64,000 bases of DNA, from NCBI GenBank assembly GCA_002401345.1, contig NVSU01000001.1:68476-132475 (forward strand). Direction: 5' to 3'. The notes under the pieces were generated by a model, which saw nothing but the letters and a program-made list of their open reading frames with translations, searched no databases and was not told the DNA's origin. The position numbers and the translations under genes were made by a program. Of the stretch, positions 39,262-48,909 are shown piece by piece; positions within the stretch are counted from its first letter, which is position 1, and each line of letters opens with the position of its first letter. Origin of the DNA: Candidatus Wolfebacteria bacterium. Lineage in GTDB: Bacteria > Patescibacteriota > Minisyncoccia > Phycocordibacterales > NVSU01.

Positions 39262-41133
39262 TTAATTAAAATATTTCTTATACCAAAGATTAAGTGCCAT
39301 TAATGTCCAGAGTTTTTTTGAATTGTCTTTACCTCGAATATGGTCACTCAGTAACTTTTCGATTTTATCTTTCTTTATTATCTGTAATACGAGACCACTA
39401 GTATCTAATACCTTCTCTTTTACATAGTCCCTCAATTCATTTCTAAACCAATACACAATGGGTATGCCGAATCCTTGTTTTTTTCTATATAAAATAGATT
39501 TTGGCAAGTATTTCTGCAACATTTTCTTAAAGATTTTCTTACCCTCATTTATATCAGTTTTATGTGTCCATGGAATCTGTGCGACAGTACTCACAAAATC
39601 AAAATCGAGCATCGGAGCTCTAACTTCAAGTGAATTTTTCATGCTCGCCATATCAACCTTGACATTAATGTCATCGGGAATATAGCTGTTAAAATCAAGA
39701 TACAATATCTTATTAACATCATTTATTTTTTTGTTATGTAGGATTTTTTGAAACGTATTCTTACTCAAAACAAGTTTTTTCTTAAAGTCCTCTCTATAAC
39801 ATTCTTCTTTAGTACGTTCATCAAAATATGTCGTGTAATTAAAATGTCGCGTCGCACTGTCTTTATTTACTGTTCTTATAAAGATAGAGAGTTTGTCGAG
39901 GAAGTCTACCGACAATACTTTACTGGCATATTCAATAATCCCCAATAAGGGATGGAGTACTTGAATAAACCTTCCATATCTTTGAACAAAGACATGTCGC
40001 CTATGCTTATCATAGCCACCAAAATTTTCATCTCCACCGTCTCCAGAGAGAGCCACTGTTACATGTTCTTTTGTTAATTTCGACAAAATAAACGTCGGCA
40101 ATTGAGAGCTATCAGCATATGGTTCTTCAAACTGATGTATGAGACCTTCAATATGCTCAAGTAAATCTTGCGATTGTACTTTAAATTCTTTATGGTCGGT
40201 ATTATACAGCTTCGCAACCTCTCTCGCATACACACTTTCATCAAATCCCTCTTCATCAAAAGAAATAGAGAATGTTTTAAGTTTCTTGGTATAACGACTT
40301 GCAAATGCGACAATGGCGCTACTGTCCACCCCACCTGAAAGAAATGCTCCTAAGGGTACGTCTGAAATCATCCTTCTTTTTACTGACTCTTTAAGTTTAT
40401 CTTCAATAATTGACATCCACTTCTGCTTAGATACATTGAGTTTTTCAGAATATTCTAAATCAAAATACTGATTTAGAAAAAAGTTATTTGTCTTTAAATT
40501 TAAAATAAAATAATGACCTTGTGGCAGTTTATAGATATTCTTAAAACCGGTTTTAGGCGCAGGTACATACTGAAGAGTAAAATATTCATCAATTGCTTCA
40601 AAATCAATTTCTCTTTTAATGTCATGCTCTAAAATTGCTTTTAATTCTGAACTAAAAATAAATTTATTTTTATCTCTATAATATTTAAGTGGTTTTTGAC
40701 CAAATCTATCACGGGCTCCGAATAATATTTTTCGTTGCACATCGTATATCACAAATGCAAACATTCCATTAAAGTCCTGTACGCAACTAATTCCTTTATC
40801 CAAATACGCTGCAGCTAACACTTCTGTATCAGTACTTGAGGTAAATGTATATCCCTTCTTCTCTAATTCTTTGCGCATTTCTTTGAAATTATAGAGTTCT
40901 CCATTATATGTGACTACGACTCTCTTACCTTTATGCACATAAATCATAGGCTGATGGCCTTTTTGAGATAAATCGACAATAGACAATCGAACATGCCCAA
41001 GACCAACATTTTCATCTAAAAAAACACCCTGATCATCGGGTCCGCGATAAGAGATTTTTTCATTCATTGCTCTAATCTCCTTGTCGCTTATTTTTTCACT
41101 ATTCAATTTAACAATTCCATTTATTCCACACAT
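39262..41133 (-). CDS. asnB: Asparagine synthase (glutamine-hydrolysing) family amidotransferase, probably glycan amidation
   Basis: MCGING N-terminus, RGPD, LSGGVDSS, SGDGGDE, KQGF. Confidence 0.93.
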   Translation of the reverse strand: MCGINGIVKLNSEKISDKEIRAMNEKISYRGPDDQGVFLDENVGLGHVRLSIVDLSQKGHQPMIYVHKGKRVVVTYNGELYNFKEMRKELEKKGYTFTSSTDTEVLAAAYLDKGISCVQDFNGMFAFVIYDVQRKILFGARDRFGQKPLKYYRDKNKFIFSSELKAILEHDIKREIDFEAIDEYFTLQYVPAPKTGFKNIYKLPQGHYFILNLKTNNFFLNQYFDLEYSEKLNVSKQKWMSIIEDKLKESVKRRMISDVPLGAFLSGGVDSSAIVAFASRYTKKLKTFSISFDEEGFDESVYAREVAKLYNTDHKEFKVQSQDLLEHIEGLIHQFEEPYADSSQLPTFILSKLTKEHVTVALSGDGGDENFGGYDKHRRHVFVQRYGRFIQVLHPLLGIIEYASKVLSVDFLDKLSIFIRTVNKDSATRHFNYTTYFDERTKEECYREDFKKKLVLSKNTFQKILHNKKINDVNKILYLDFNSYIPDDINVKVDMASMKNSLEVRAPMLDFDFVSTVAQIPWTHKTDINEGKKIFKKMLQKYLPKSILYRKKQGFGIPIVYWFRNELRDYVKEKVLDTSGLVLQIIKKDKIEKLLSDHIRGKDNSKKLWTLMALNLWYKKYFN

Positions 41134-41177
41134 AACAAATTTTGAGCGAAGCAATTACAAAATGGCAATCTAAACAT

Positions 41178-41252
41178 AAAAAAAGTCGCAATTGCAAAAT
41201 AATCACAATTACGACGCACCCTCACCTTAGCAAGTATCTATTTGATAAGCAA
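41178..41252 (-). promoter_or_regulatory. Promoter plus leader attenuator motif copy 6
   Basis: TTGCTT-17-TAAGGT-6nt-GCGTCGTAATTGTGATTATTTTGCAATTGCGACTTTTTTT. Confidence 0.85.
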
Positions 41253-41298
41253 ATGCAGAAGGTTAAACCTTCTGCATTAATTTTATTTATTCTTTATT

Positions 41299-42045
41299 TT
41301 AGCCAAATGCCGCAACAACACGGTCTACTTCTTTTTGTATCTCCGGATCTTCAGGAGCACTACCCCACCAACCAGTATATATCATGACATTTTCCATTTC
41401 CTTTCCTTGGGTATTTTCTCTTCTTACAGTAAATAATGAAATGCGACTAAAGCCTCCAATTCCCCAACTGCTTGGTAGTGGAGAATGTTTCATTAAAAAC
41501 TGCAAATCACCTTTTTTAATCCCAAAAAAATCAGCACCTTCAGAATCAAGGTATGTTTCTATTCCGAAGACCTCAAAACCCATTTCTTCAGCCAGATCGG
41601 AGCGCTTATTTTTGAATTCAGATTCAAAAAATATCTTTTTAGCTAAACCTATTCGGTATTGCTCTATTGATCCGACTTTGTTTTTTAGGTCCTTAATTTC
41701 CTCCTGATTTTCACTCTCTCCTTCTATTTCCAAAGCTATAATTTCATCAGACAATTCTCTTTCTGTTTTAACTTTTTCCAAATATTCTTCATCTATTTTA
41801 GCTTTTGGAAAAACATCTTCTATTGTTTTAATTCCTATTTCTTTTACGAGACCAACCCTCTCATTAAGACCACCGTTCATCTCATCTCTATACCTAGTAA
41901 CTTCTTCTTGGTATTCAGCAATATTGTTTAGAGGATCATGACCAAGATGCCATTTCTTATACCTCTTAGTGATTTCAATAGCTTTTTCCAGAGCTTTTTC
42001 ATAAAGCTTCTCAGGGCTTTGTTCTGATGATGATAAATTTTCCAT
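41299..42045 (-). CDS. Hypothetical protein
   Basis: 248 aa charged ORF, no family recognised. Confidence 0.65.
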   Translation of the reverse strand: MENLSSSEQSPEKLYEKALEKAIEITKRYKKWHLGHDPLNNIAEYQEEVTRYRDEMNGGLNERVGLVKEIGIKTIEDVFPKAKIDEEYLEKVKTERELSDEIIALEIEGESENQEEIKDLKNKVGSIEQYRIGLAKKIFFESEFKNKRSDLAEEMGFEVFGIETYLDSEGADFFGIKKGDLQFLMKHSPLPSSWGIGGFSRISLFTVRRENTQGKEMENVMIYTGWWGSAPEDPEIQKEVDRVVAAFG

Positions 42046-42170
42046 GATATTTATTTTTTAATTAAATTACCAATACTTCCATTCTTATTTCACTCTAACT
42101 TATCATATGCTAAAAAGTCAAGGGCTTCGAATCCATAAAAATCAGATTTCTACAGGAATATTTATCTTAT

Positions 42171-43334
42171 TCATTGAATACATTGAGATTTGTATATACG
42201 CATATAATCACGAGCTGCTCTTTTCCAACTCATCTGCTCAGCTTTTTTTCTACTATTTTTCTTCATTGTATCTAATAGTGTTTTGTCTCTATATAATCTC
42301 TGTAAACTCTCGACAATATCTCTATTCTTTCCTTTTCTTACGATAAAACCATTATTTTCTATCAATTCTTTTGTTCCTCCGACATTAGTTGTCACAATCG
42401 CCAGCCCAGAACTCATCGCTTCTAAAAGTGAGTTGCTCATTCCTTCATTAAGTGACGACAGAACAAATACATCTGCTTGTGTATAGTACTCACTCATCTT
42501 GTCATGTGATATTGCCCCCACAAATCTTACTCTTCTTTCAATACCAGCGCGTCTCACCTCTTCTTCGAGCCTTTCTTTTAAATCACCATCCCCTACAAGC
42601 ACTAATCTGCTTTTCTTATTTTTTTTATTAAAATCAATGAATGCCTGAATTAAATGAGTAATTCCTTTTCTTTTAATGAGTCGAGACGTTGAGAGTATTG
42701 TGAATACACCATGTGTCTGTGTACCCACTTTAAACTCTTGAGTATCAATTCCATTATGAATCACGTCAATGTCTTGCTGAGAGGAAGTGTGCTGTGCGAG
42801 CTCTTTTAATAATTTTGAATTCGCGATCACTGAATTAGAATTTTTCCAAATTTTTCTACTCAACCTCTTGAAAAAAAATGTATCAAGCCAAAAGAATCTT
42901 TTACTATAGAACGGAACATCACTTCCGCGCAGACTTACAATATATGGTAACCCCTCTTCCTGATTCACAGAACTTTTTAATGCGTGATAGGAAAGTTTCA
43001 TCGCAATAAAACCGCATGGGATTCCGAAAAATGCATGAATTAGATCGAATTGTTCGTTTTTTATTAATTTCCTACAAAACCAATAGGCTTTCCAACTGTA
43101 CACAAGTAAATCTTTCAAGCTCTGATAATGTATATTCCCACTTTTATTAACATCCAGGCGATAGATAGTGATGTGTGGCGCAAACATTTCTTTTGCATGT
43201 GCACCAACTGATGATGTTACCAGTGCAACTTCTATATCTTTTCTTTTAGAAAATTCACGCAATAAATAATATGTAGCATTTCCAGCTCCACCACCTAAGG
43301 GGGGAAATTCGTAATTGAGCATTAGTATCTTCAT
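42171..43334 (-). CDS. Glycosyltransferase family 4
   Basis: NYEFPPLGGG, RLIKRKG, EGMSNSLLEAMSSG. Confidence 0.93.
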   Translation of the reverse strand: MKILMLNYEFPPLGGGAGNATYYLLREFSKRKDIEVALVTSSVGAHAKEMFAPHITIYRLDVNKSGNIHYQSLKDLLVYSWKAYWFCRKLIKNEQFDLIHAFFGIPCGFIAMKLSYHALKSSVNQEEGLPYIVSLRGSDVPFYSKRFFWLDTFFFKRLSRKIWKNSNSVIANSKLLKELAQHTSSQQDIDVIHNGIDTQEFKVGTQTHGVFTILSTSRLIKRKGITHLIQAFIDFNKKNKKSRLVLVGDGDLKERLEEEVRRAGIERRVRFVGAISHDKMSEYYTQADVFVLSSLNEGMSNSLLEAMSSGLAIVTTNVGGTKELIENNGFIVRKGKNRDIVESLQRLYRDKTLLDTMKKNSRKKAEQMSWKRAARDYMRIYKSQCIQ

Positions 43335-43346
43335 AAATATTAATAA

Positions 43347-43403
43347 TCACAACATTCTCATATTCTCAAGAATGTGAGAATGTGAGAATGTTGTGAGAAT
43401 GTT
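43347..43403. repeat. Expanded palindromic GAGAATGT-unit repeat
   Basis: TCACAACATTCTCATATTCTCAAGAATGTGAGAATGTGAGAATGTTGTGAGAATGTT. Confidence 0.8.
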
Positions 43404-43413
43404 TTTTAAAAAC

Positions 43414-43486
43414 AAAAAAAGTCGCAAAGCGAGTTAATCACTTTACGACGCATATGTATTCTAGCAACTCAAACCCTGAAATGCAA
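43414..43486 (-). promoter_or_regulatory. Promoter plus leader attenuator motif copy 7
   Basis: TTGCAT-17-TAGAAT-6nt-GCGTCGTAAAGTGATTAACTCGCTTTGCGACTTTTTTT, with compensatory stem changes. Confidence 0.85.
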
Positions 43487-43653
43487 AACTACGCCAGATT
43501 ACCCCTTAATCATTGACGTCTGTCCCATACCGAGATTGCCTCTGGTACTGGGGTCAATTGTTAAATGATTAAGGAGGAGCAAATAATTGAAAAATAAAAA
43601 AACCCGCGTTTTTTACAAAACGCGGGTGTATAAAAAGTATCTGACACATTTTT

Positions 43654-44127
43654 TTATTTTATAGGCTCAGGAACAGTTTCTTTATAAACTTTTTCAAGCA
43701 CAAGAAGCTGGCTATAAAAATCTATTAGTGTAAGTTTTGGTTTTGAACCGGGGAAAGCTTTACGACACCATTGATCGAAAATATCATCGGGGTCACCGCT
43801 GTCATAATCCCTATTAACAAATACATAGAGATGGTCATACACCGGTTCCACATATGGATTGTCGCGGAACTGAAATGTTGTATGGTCACCATCACTCAAA
43901 AGCAAAAAGGCTTTTACTGAATTACTAATATCAATTTCAAGTAGTCCAGGCACATCATCTTCATACGTATTTACTTGTACAACAACTGATAAACTTTCAA
44001 ACAATTCTTTCCATTTTAATAAATTGTTCCTAAGTTCTTCTCGCATTTTTTGAACCTTTGCAATGTTAAGTGACTTAAACTCTTGAGGTACCTTAGTACT
44101 CTTCAATAAATTGAGGAATTTTTCCAT
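43654..44127 (-). CDS. Hypothetical protein
   Basis: 157 aa ORF followed by a terminator-like hairpin at about 43600-43627. Confidence 0.6.
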   Translation of the reverse strand: MEKFLNLLKSTKVPQEFKSLNIAKVQKMREELRNNLLKWKELFESLSVVVQVNTYEDDVPGLLEIDISNSVKAFLLLSDGDHTTFQFRDNPYVEPVYDHLYVFVNRDYDSGDPDDIFDQWCRKAFPGSKPKLTLIDFYSQLLVLEKVYKETVPEPIK

Positions 44128-44203
44128 AATTTATAGTTTTTTTAATTTAAAGGAGTTATTCTGATATGCATCTTATCATATATGTCATATTTTGTCAATT
44201 TTT

Positions 44204-45169
44204 TTAGCGACTGAGGTTAGTGGTGTAATATCTTTTATACCAATTTAAAAAATTTTTGATCCCAGTTTCTATGTTAGTTTTTGGTTCAAATCCAAGTTTT
44301 TCCTTAGCTTTTTGTATATCTGCATAACTCTCTGGTACATCCCCAGCTTGCATAGGAAGATAATTTCTCTTTCCTTTCTTTCCCAATTCCTCCTCAATGC
44401 ACTGAATAAAATATTCCAATTCAACCGTAGTGCTGTTTCCAAGATTAAAGATTTCATATGGATATGACTTATCAAGACTTGCAACAACTCCCGACACAAT
44501 ATCATCAATATACGTGAAGTCTCTTTTCATTTTTCCAAAATTGAACACATTTATCGATTCTCCTTTTAGAATTGCATCTGCAAATAAAAATAGTGCCATA
44601 TCCGGCCTTCCCCATGGACCATACACAGTAAAAAATCTCAGCCCTGTGCAATTCATACCATAGAGATGATGATATGTATGAGCAATCAATTCATTTGCCT
44701 TTTTTGTTCCGGCATAGAGTGAAACAGGAGTATCAACTGGATCATCTTCTGAAAAAGGAACTTTTTTATTATTACCATACACAGAACTACTTGAGGCATA
44801 AATAAAATCTTTAACTCCTGCACACTTTGCTACATCAATTACATTAGTAAAGGCAACAATATTTGACTGAATATAGGCATGTGGGTGAGTCAGGCTATAT
44901 CGGACCCCTGCCTGCGCCGCCAAATGACAGACTTTATCTATTTTGCGATCGGCAAATACAGATCGGATAAAATCCAAATCAGACACATCACCGCGCAGTA
45001 ATGTAAAACAATTATATTCCTCAAGTATGGCATTTCGCGCCTCCTTTAATGATGGGTCATAATAATCATTAAAATTATCAATACCTATAACTGTGCTCCC
45101 TCTCTCAAGTAACGCTTTGCTCACATTAAACCCTATAAATCCTGCTGAACCTGTGACTAAAACTATCAT
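44204..45169 (-). CDS. NAD-dependent epimerase (UDP-glucuronate 4-epimerase-like)
   Basis: TGSAGFIG, HLAAQAGVRYS, YAGTK, RFFTVYGPWGRPDMA. Confidence 0.93.
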   Translation of the reverse strand: MIVLVTGSAGFIGFNVSKALLERGSTVIGIDNFNDYYDPSLKEARNAILEEYNCFTLLRGDVSDLDFIRSVFADRKIDKVCHLAAQAGVRYSLTHPHAYIQSNIVAFTNVIDVAKCAGVKDFIYASSSSVYGNNKKVPFSEDDPVDTPVSLYAGTKKANELIAHTYHHLYGMNCTGLRFFTVYGPWGRPDMALFLFADAILKGESINVFNFGKMKRDFTYIDDIVSGVVASLDKSYPYEIFNLGNSTTVELEYFIQCIEEELGKKGKRNYLPMQAGDVPESYADIQKAKEKLGFEPKTNIETGIKNFLNWYKRYYTTNLSR

Positions 45170-46179
45170 ACTGTTGTATTGCTCATCATTAGTGAATCTT
45201 CTTGTCTATACACATGAACACCAGATGATGATTTATTGTTTTTGATAATATCTTTAATGTCATATACTGTGTCCCGTGTTGAAGAAAAATAACTTTTTGA
45301 AAGAATGTCTGCCAAAAGACCAAATACAAAAAACTGCACTCCTATTAGAAGGCCAAACATAAAAAGTTGAGTGAGAAATGTATTTGATAAATCTACTGCT
45401 CTAAATAACTTGTTATAAAGAGACCATCCACCCGCAGCAAAAGAGATCGCAATCAAAAATAATCCGATTCCACCAAATAAATGCAAAGGACGAGACGCAT
45501 ATTTCTTCCAAAACCATACTGAAACCATATCAAGTATGCCCTTTATGCCTCTCCTCCAGTTATATTTTGTTTTCCCAGCAATTCTTGGACGATGATTGAC
45601 TTTACACTCTCCTATTTTGAAACCTTTTATCTTTAAAAGTGCGGGGATAAAACGATGCATCTCTCCTACAAGATCAACATGATCAAAACACTCTTTTTTG
45701 TAAACCTTTAATGTACATCCACTGTCATGAATTCCATCGTTGATTAAAAACTTCCTTATTGACGCAGCACACCTAGATGCAATTTTTTTACCAAAGGGAT
45801 CTTTACGATTTTTCCGCCACCCAGACACTACATCATAATTACCTTTTTGAAGCACATTCAATAGTTTAGGAATATCACGAGGATCATTCTGTCTGTCACC
45901 ATCCATTGTCACTATAAGTTCCCCTTGTGCTTCTTTTATTCCAGCATCCAATGCCGCTGTCTGTCCAAAATTTTTTCTAAAGCTGATTATTTTAATAGGA
46001 CTCAATGTTTTTATTATCTCTAGAGTACGGTCTGTTGACCCATCATCGATAAAAATAATTTCACAGGATTTGTTCATTTTTTTGAACACCTCTGAAATCT
46101 CTTCAAAAAGAAGGTACGAATTTAGTTCCTCATTATATAGTGGAACTATTACTGATAGATTTATTTTAGGCTTTATCAT
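45166..46179 (-). CDS. Polyprenyl-phosphate glycosyltransferase (GT2, ArnC/DPM1-like)
   Basis: DDGSTD, NFGQTAA, MDGDRQNDP, MHRFIP, two C-terminal TM helices. Confidence 0.92.
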   Translation of the reverse strand: MIKPKINLSVIVPLYNEELNSYLLFEEISEVFKKMNKSCEIIFIDDGSTDRTLEIIKTLSPIKIISFRKNFGQTAALDAGIKEAQGELIVTMDGDRQNDPRDIPKLLNVLQKGNYDVVSGWRKNRKDPFGKKIASRCAASIRKFLINDGIHDSGCTLKVYKKECFDHVDLVGEMHRFIPALLKIKGFKIGECKVNHRPRIAGKTKYNWRRGIKGILDMVSVWFWKKYASRPLHLFGGIGLFLIAISFAAGGWSLYNKLFRAVDLSNTFLTQLFMFGLLIGVQFFVFGLLADILSKSYFSSTRDTVYDIKDIIKNNKSSSGVHVYRQEDSLMMSNTTV

Positions 46180-46194
46180 AAAAATTGGGCAAAT

Positions 46195-46230
46195 AAAAAA
46201 CGCCGCCTGTGGTGATCACAATTACGACGC
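46195..46230 (-). promoter_or_regulatory. Leader attenuator motif copy 8
   Basis: GCGTCGTAATTGTGATCACCACAGGCGGCGTTTTTT, ending 15 nt before the GT2 start. Confidence 0.8.
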
Positions 46231-46372
46231 TTTTTATATGTAGTTAATCTTTATAGTATACTTCTTGATCTAAATAGCAAATGATGACCTGTTAAAAATA
46301 TGTGAATAATCCAAAATAACCAGCTGCAATATGGCTCTTGGTGAAGATAGTGTACTACTATTGTTTTTAAAT

Positions 46373-48511
46373 CTACTTAAATGCATTACCAACCGATGCG
46401 CTCAATTGAGTGAAATTTACTTGAAGTCGAGCAACAAGCTGTGAGACAAATTCTATTACACCTGCCTTATCATTTCTATTATTTTTTTCTTTTTTATTAT
46501 TTTTTTTGCTTTCCCCTTCTCCATCAGCTTGCGTGTTCTGTTCTTTACCCTCTTCGTTGGAGCTTGGGCGAAGCGAGTCTGATTCGTCATTTTGTATAGT
46601 TTCTTCGAATTCTGAAGAGGATTCTTTTCCTTTTCTTTGTCTTTCTTCTTTCAAATCCTCAATGTTATTTTTAAAATCTTTCAAACTTTTTTTTGTTGTT
46701 CTTGCAAGATCACTCGCCTTTATATACTCCCCCTCGTCAATATTTGTTTGGATCTTATCAAGAAGTGTTATCAATGGCATAAGTATATCTGAAGGAAGTT
46801 CAATGCCCTCTTGAGTTGCCGTAGTAATTATTTCATCCTTTTCACCTTCAAGTTCTTGTAGAAGTTCTTCTGCTTCAGTTTTATGTTTTATATTTTCTTC
46901 TTTTATTTTCTCAATAGTTTGCTTAACATCCTCTAAGCTCTCTTGAGATTTTTGTGCTAAAATTTCTGATTCCTTATACTCTCCGTCTTCAAATGCAGAT
47001 TGAGCTTGCAAGAGAAGCGTGTCAGGTTCAGTATATAATTCCTGAGAAAAATCGACTCCTTCTTGTGTCGCGTCATTAATTATCTTACTTCTCTCTTTTT
47101 CTGATCGAATAATTTGTTCTTCAGACTTTTGCTTCTGTTTCTTCAATTCTTCTGTAATAGTAGAAACTTCATTAAAAGAGTGTTCTGTAAGTCTCGAAAG
47201 GATTTTTGCTGAGTCAAAATCTCCAACTTCAAATGCTGTGTGAGTTTGATTAAGTAAGGTAGTTGAATCGCTAAACACATCATCTGGAAGTTTTATATTA
47301 TTTTTATTTACTTCAGCAAGTATATCTGGCTTTCGTGTTTCTAATTTTTCAATCAACTCCCCTGCTTCTTTCTGTTCATCTACGATATCACCCACTAGCT
47401 CATCAATAGTTTTTTGAGCGCTCACAAGGTTCTCTTTTGCATTTTGTGCAAGTCGCTCAGCCTCTTCGAAATTCTCTGTATCAAAAAAAGATTGTGATCG
47501 TAATAATTCGTCACTGAATTCATCGAGAGTAAATAATGGAAGCTCGATTCCTTTTTTGTTGAACGTATCTACTAATTTTTGTTTTTCATCCCTTGCATCT
47601 TTAATAAGCTTTTGAGCTCTGTGCTCAACTTTCATTTCTTTGGCAATAAGATTTCTATTGCTCTTTAATACTTCTTTAATTTCCTCTATCTCTCTCTCAA
47701 TCTGATCTTCGAGAAGTATAATACTGGAAAGCTCCCTCTCGAGCTCTTCGTCGTCATCGGCTTGAAGTACCAGTGTGATCTGATCCTGAACGGAGCGTTT
47801 CTTATTTTTGAGTGACTGTTTCTCCTCTGTGAGGATTTGTGTAAATAATATCTCCGAGTCTTCAATGGTATCATTTAATTCCTTTGCAAGAGTAGTGACA
47901 TCCTCCCCTTTTTTCTTTTTAGTAGAGACAAGGTCAACCGCATTATTAAGGTTTTGCTTGAGAAATCTTTTTGCAAGTCCTATTTCCTTCTCTCTGTTTG
48001 CTGTACCTTTCTCATTGATAATTTTTTCAATTTCTTTAATTCTCTCACCTGCAAATTCAACTTCAAGTTTAGCCTTGGTCTCAGGACTCGCACTAAATAC
48101 AACTCTTGTTCTCTCACCTAGTATTTTAACGGGATGAAAAATATCTCCTGGTAAACTTTCTCGTGACGTCAACGCACTTCTCACAGGTGTATCAGTCACT
48201 GAAATGAGACCAACACCCAATGAAACTTGTTTGAGAATTTCCTGAGATGGCAAAAAGATTTCCGAAAAAGATGGAATATTCACTCTACCTTCGTTCTGAA
48301 TATTCTCAGTGGATGGAACAAGTCCTGTATGAAGTGGGACTTGATCAATAATTTGTTGAGGTGGTTGAAAAAGATCTGTAAAAAAATTAGCAGAAACAAG
48401 CTGGGGTGCAAAAAAGAATGCCCCCACAAGAAATAGCGGTATTAAAAACCCAGGAACAGAAGTAAATATATTAGATTTTTTCACGGGTAAAATAGTATTA
48501 TTCATATGCAT
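46373..48511 (-). CDS. Exported coiled-coil protein (DUF5667-like domain)
   Basis: N-terminal TM, SLPGDIFHPVK..GE..AGERIKE, then repeated helical units (AFE.G.Y..A..LA). Confidence 0.7.
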   Translation of the reverse strand: MHMNNTILPVKKSNIFTSVPGFLIPLFLVGAFFFAPQLVSANFFTDLFQPPQQIIDQVPLHTGLVPSTENIQNEGRVNIPSFSEIFLPSQEILKQVSLGVGLISVTDTPVRSALTSRESLPGDIFHPVKILGERTRVVFSASPETKAKLEVEFAGERIKEIEKIINEKGTANREKEIGLAKRFLKQNLNNAVDLVSTKKKKGEDVTTLAKELNDTIEDSEILFTQILTEEKQSLKNKKRSVQDQITLVLQADDDEELERELSSIILLEDQIEREIEEIKEVLKSNRNLIAKEMKVEHRAQKLIKDARDEKQKLVDTFNKKGIELPLFTLDEFSDELLRSQSFFDTENFEEAERLAQNAKENLVSAQKTIDELVGDIVDEQKEAGELIEKLETRKPDILAEVNKNNIKLPDDVFSDSTTLLNQTHTAFEVGDFDSAKILSRLTEHSFNEVSTITEELKKQKQKSEEQIIRSEKERSKIINDATQEGVDFSQELYTEPDTLLLQAQSAFEDGEYKESEILAQKSQESLEDVKQTIEKIKEENIKHKTEAEELLQELEGEKDEIITTATQEGIELPSDILMPLITLLDKIQTNIDEGEYIKASDLARTTKKSLKDFKNNIEDLKEERQRKGKESSSEFEETIQNDESDSLRPSSNEEGKEQNTQADGEGESKKNNKKEKNNRNDKAGVIEFVSQLVARLQVNFTQLSASVGNAFK

Positions 48512-48778
48512 TTCTTACACTAATTATAGTATAACAAAGAAAACAATGATTAAATGTGCCCATAGTGGTGCTTTATTTTAGGATATCACACTACTGAATA
48601 AATACACATCATAAAAATTGAAATGCTAAAAAAGCTCATTTTTACATAAAAAAACTGCGATATACGCAGAGCCTCGTGTAGACAATATTAAAACTGTGAA
48701 TTATAAATTACCCCAACTCCCGAGACATCCAATGAATACCAAATAATGTATTTGATCTAAGTCAATAAAATCTAGAAA

Positions 48779-48807
48779 TTGACATAAATAATTAAATATG
48801 CTATAGT
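48779..48807 (+). promoter_or_regulatory. Near-consensus sigma70 promoter with no downstream gene
   Basis: TTGACA-17-TATAGT with an extended TG. Confidence 0.7.
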
Positions 48808-48812
48808 ATTAA

Positions 48813-48905
48813 TCTATAAGAGGCACAGAATAAAAGCTTTAATAGAGCACGGGGTGTGATAATTGCGTCAACCCGTGCTCTATTAATGCTTTTATTGTTT
48901 ATAGA
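48813..48905 (-). ncRNA. Candidate trans-acting antisense hairpin RNA
   Basis: 25-bp stem (48829-48853/48872-48896, one mismatch). The minus-strand loop TTGACGCAATTATCACAC is complementary to both invariant blocks of the nine leader motifs. Strand is inferred. Confidence 0.6.
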
Positions 48906-48909
48906 TAAT

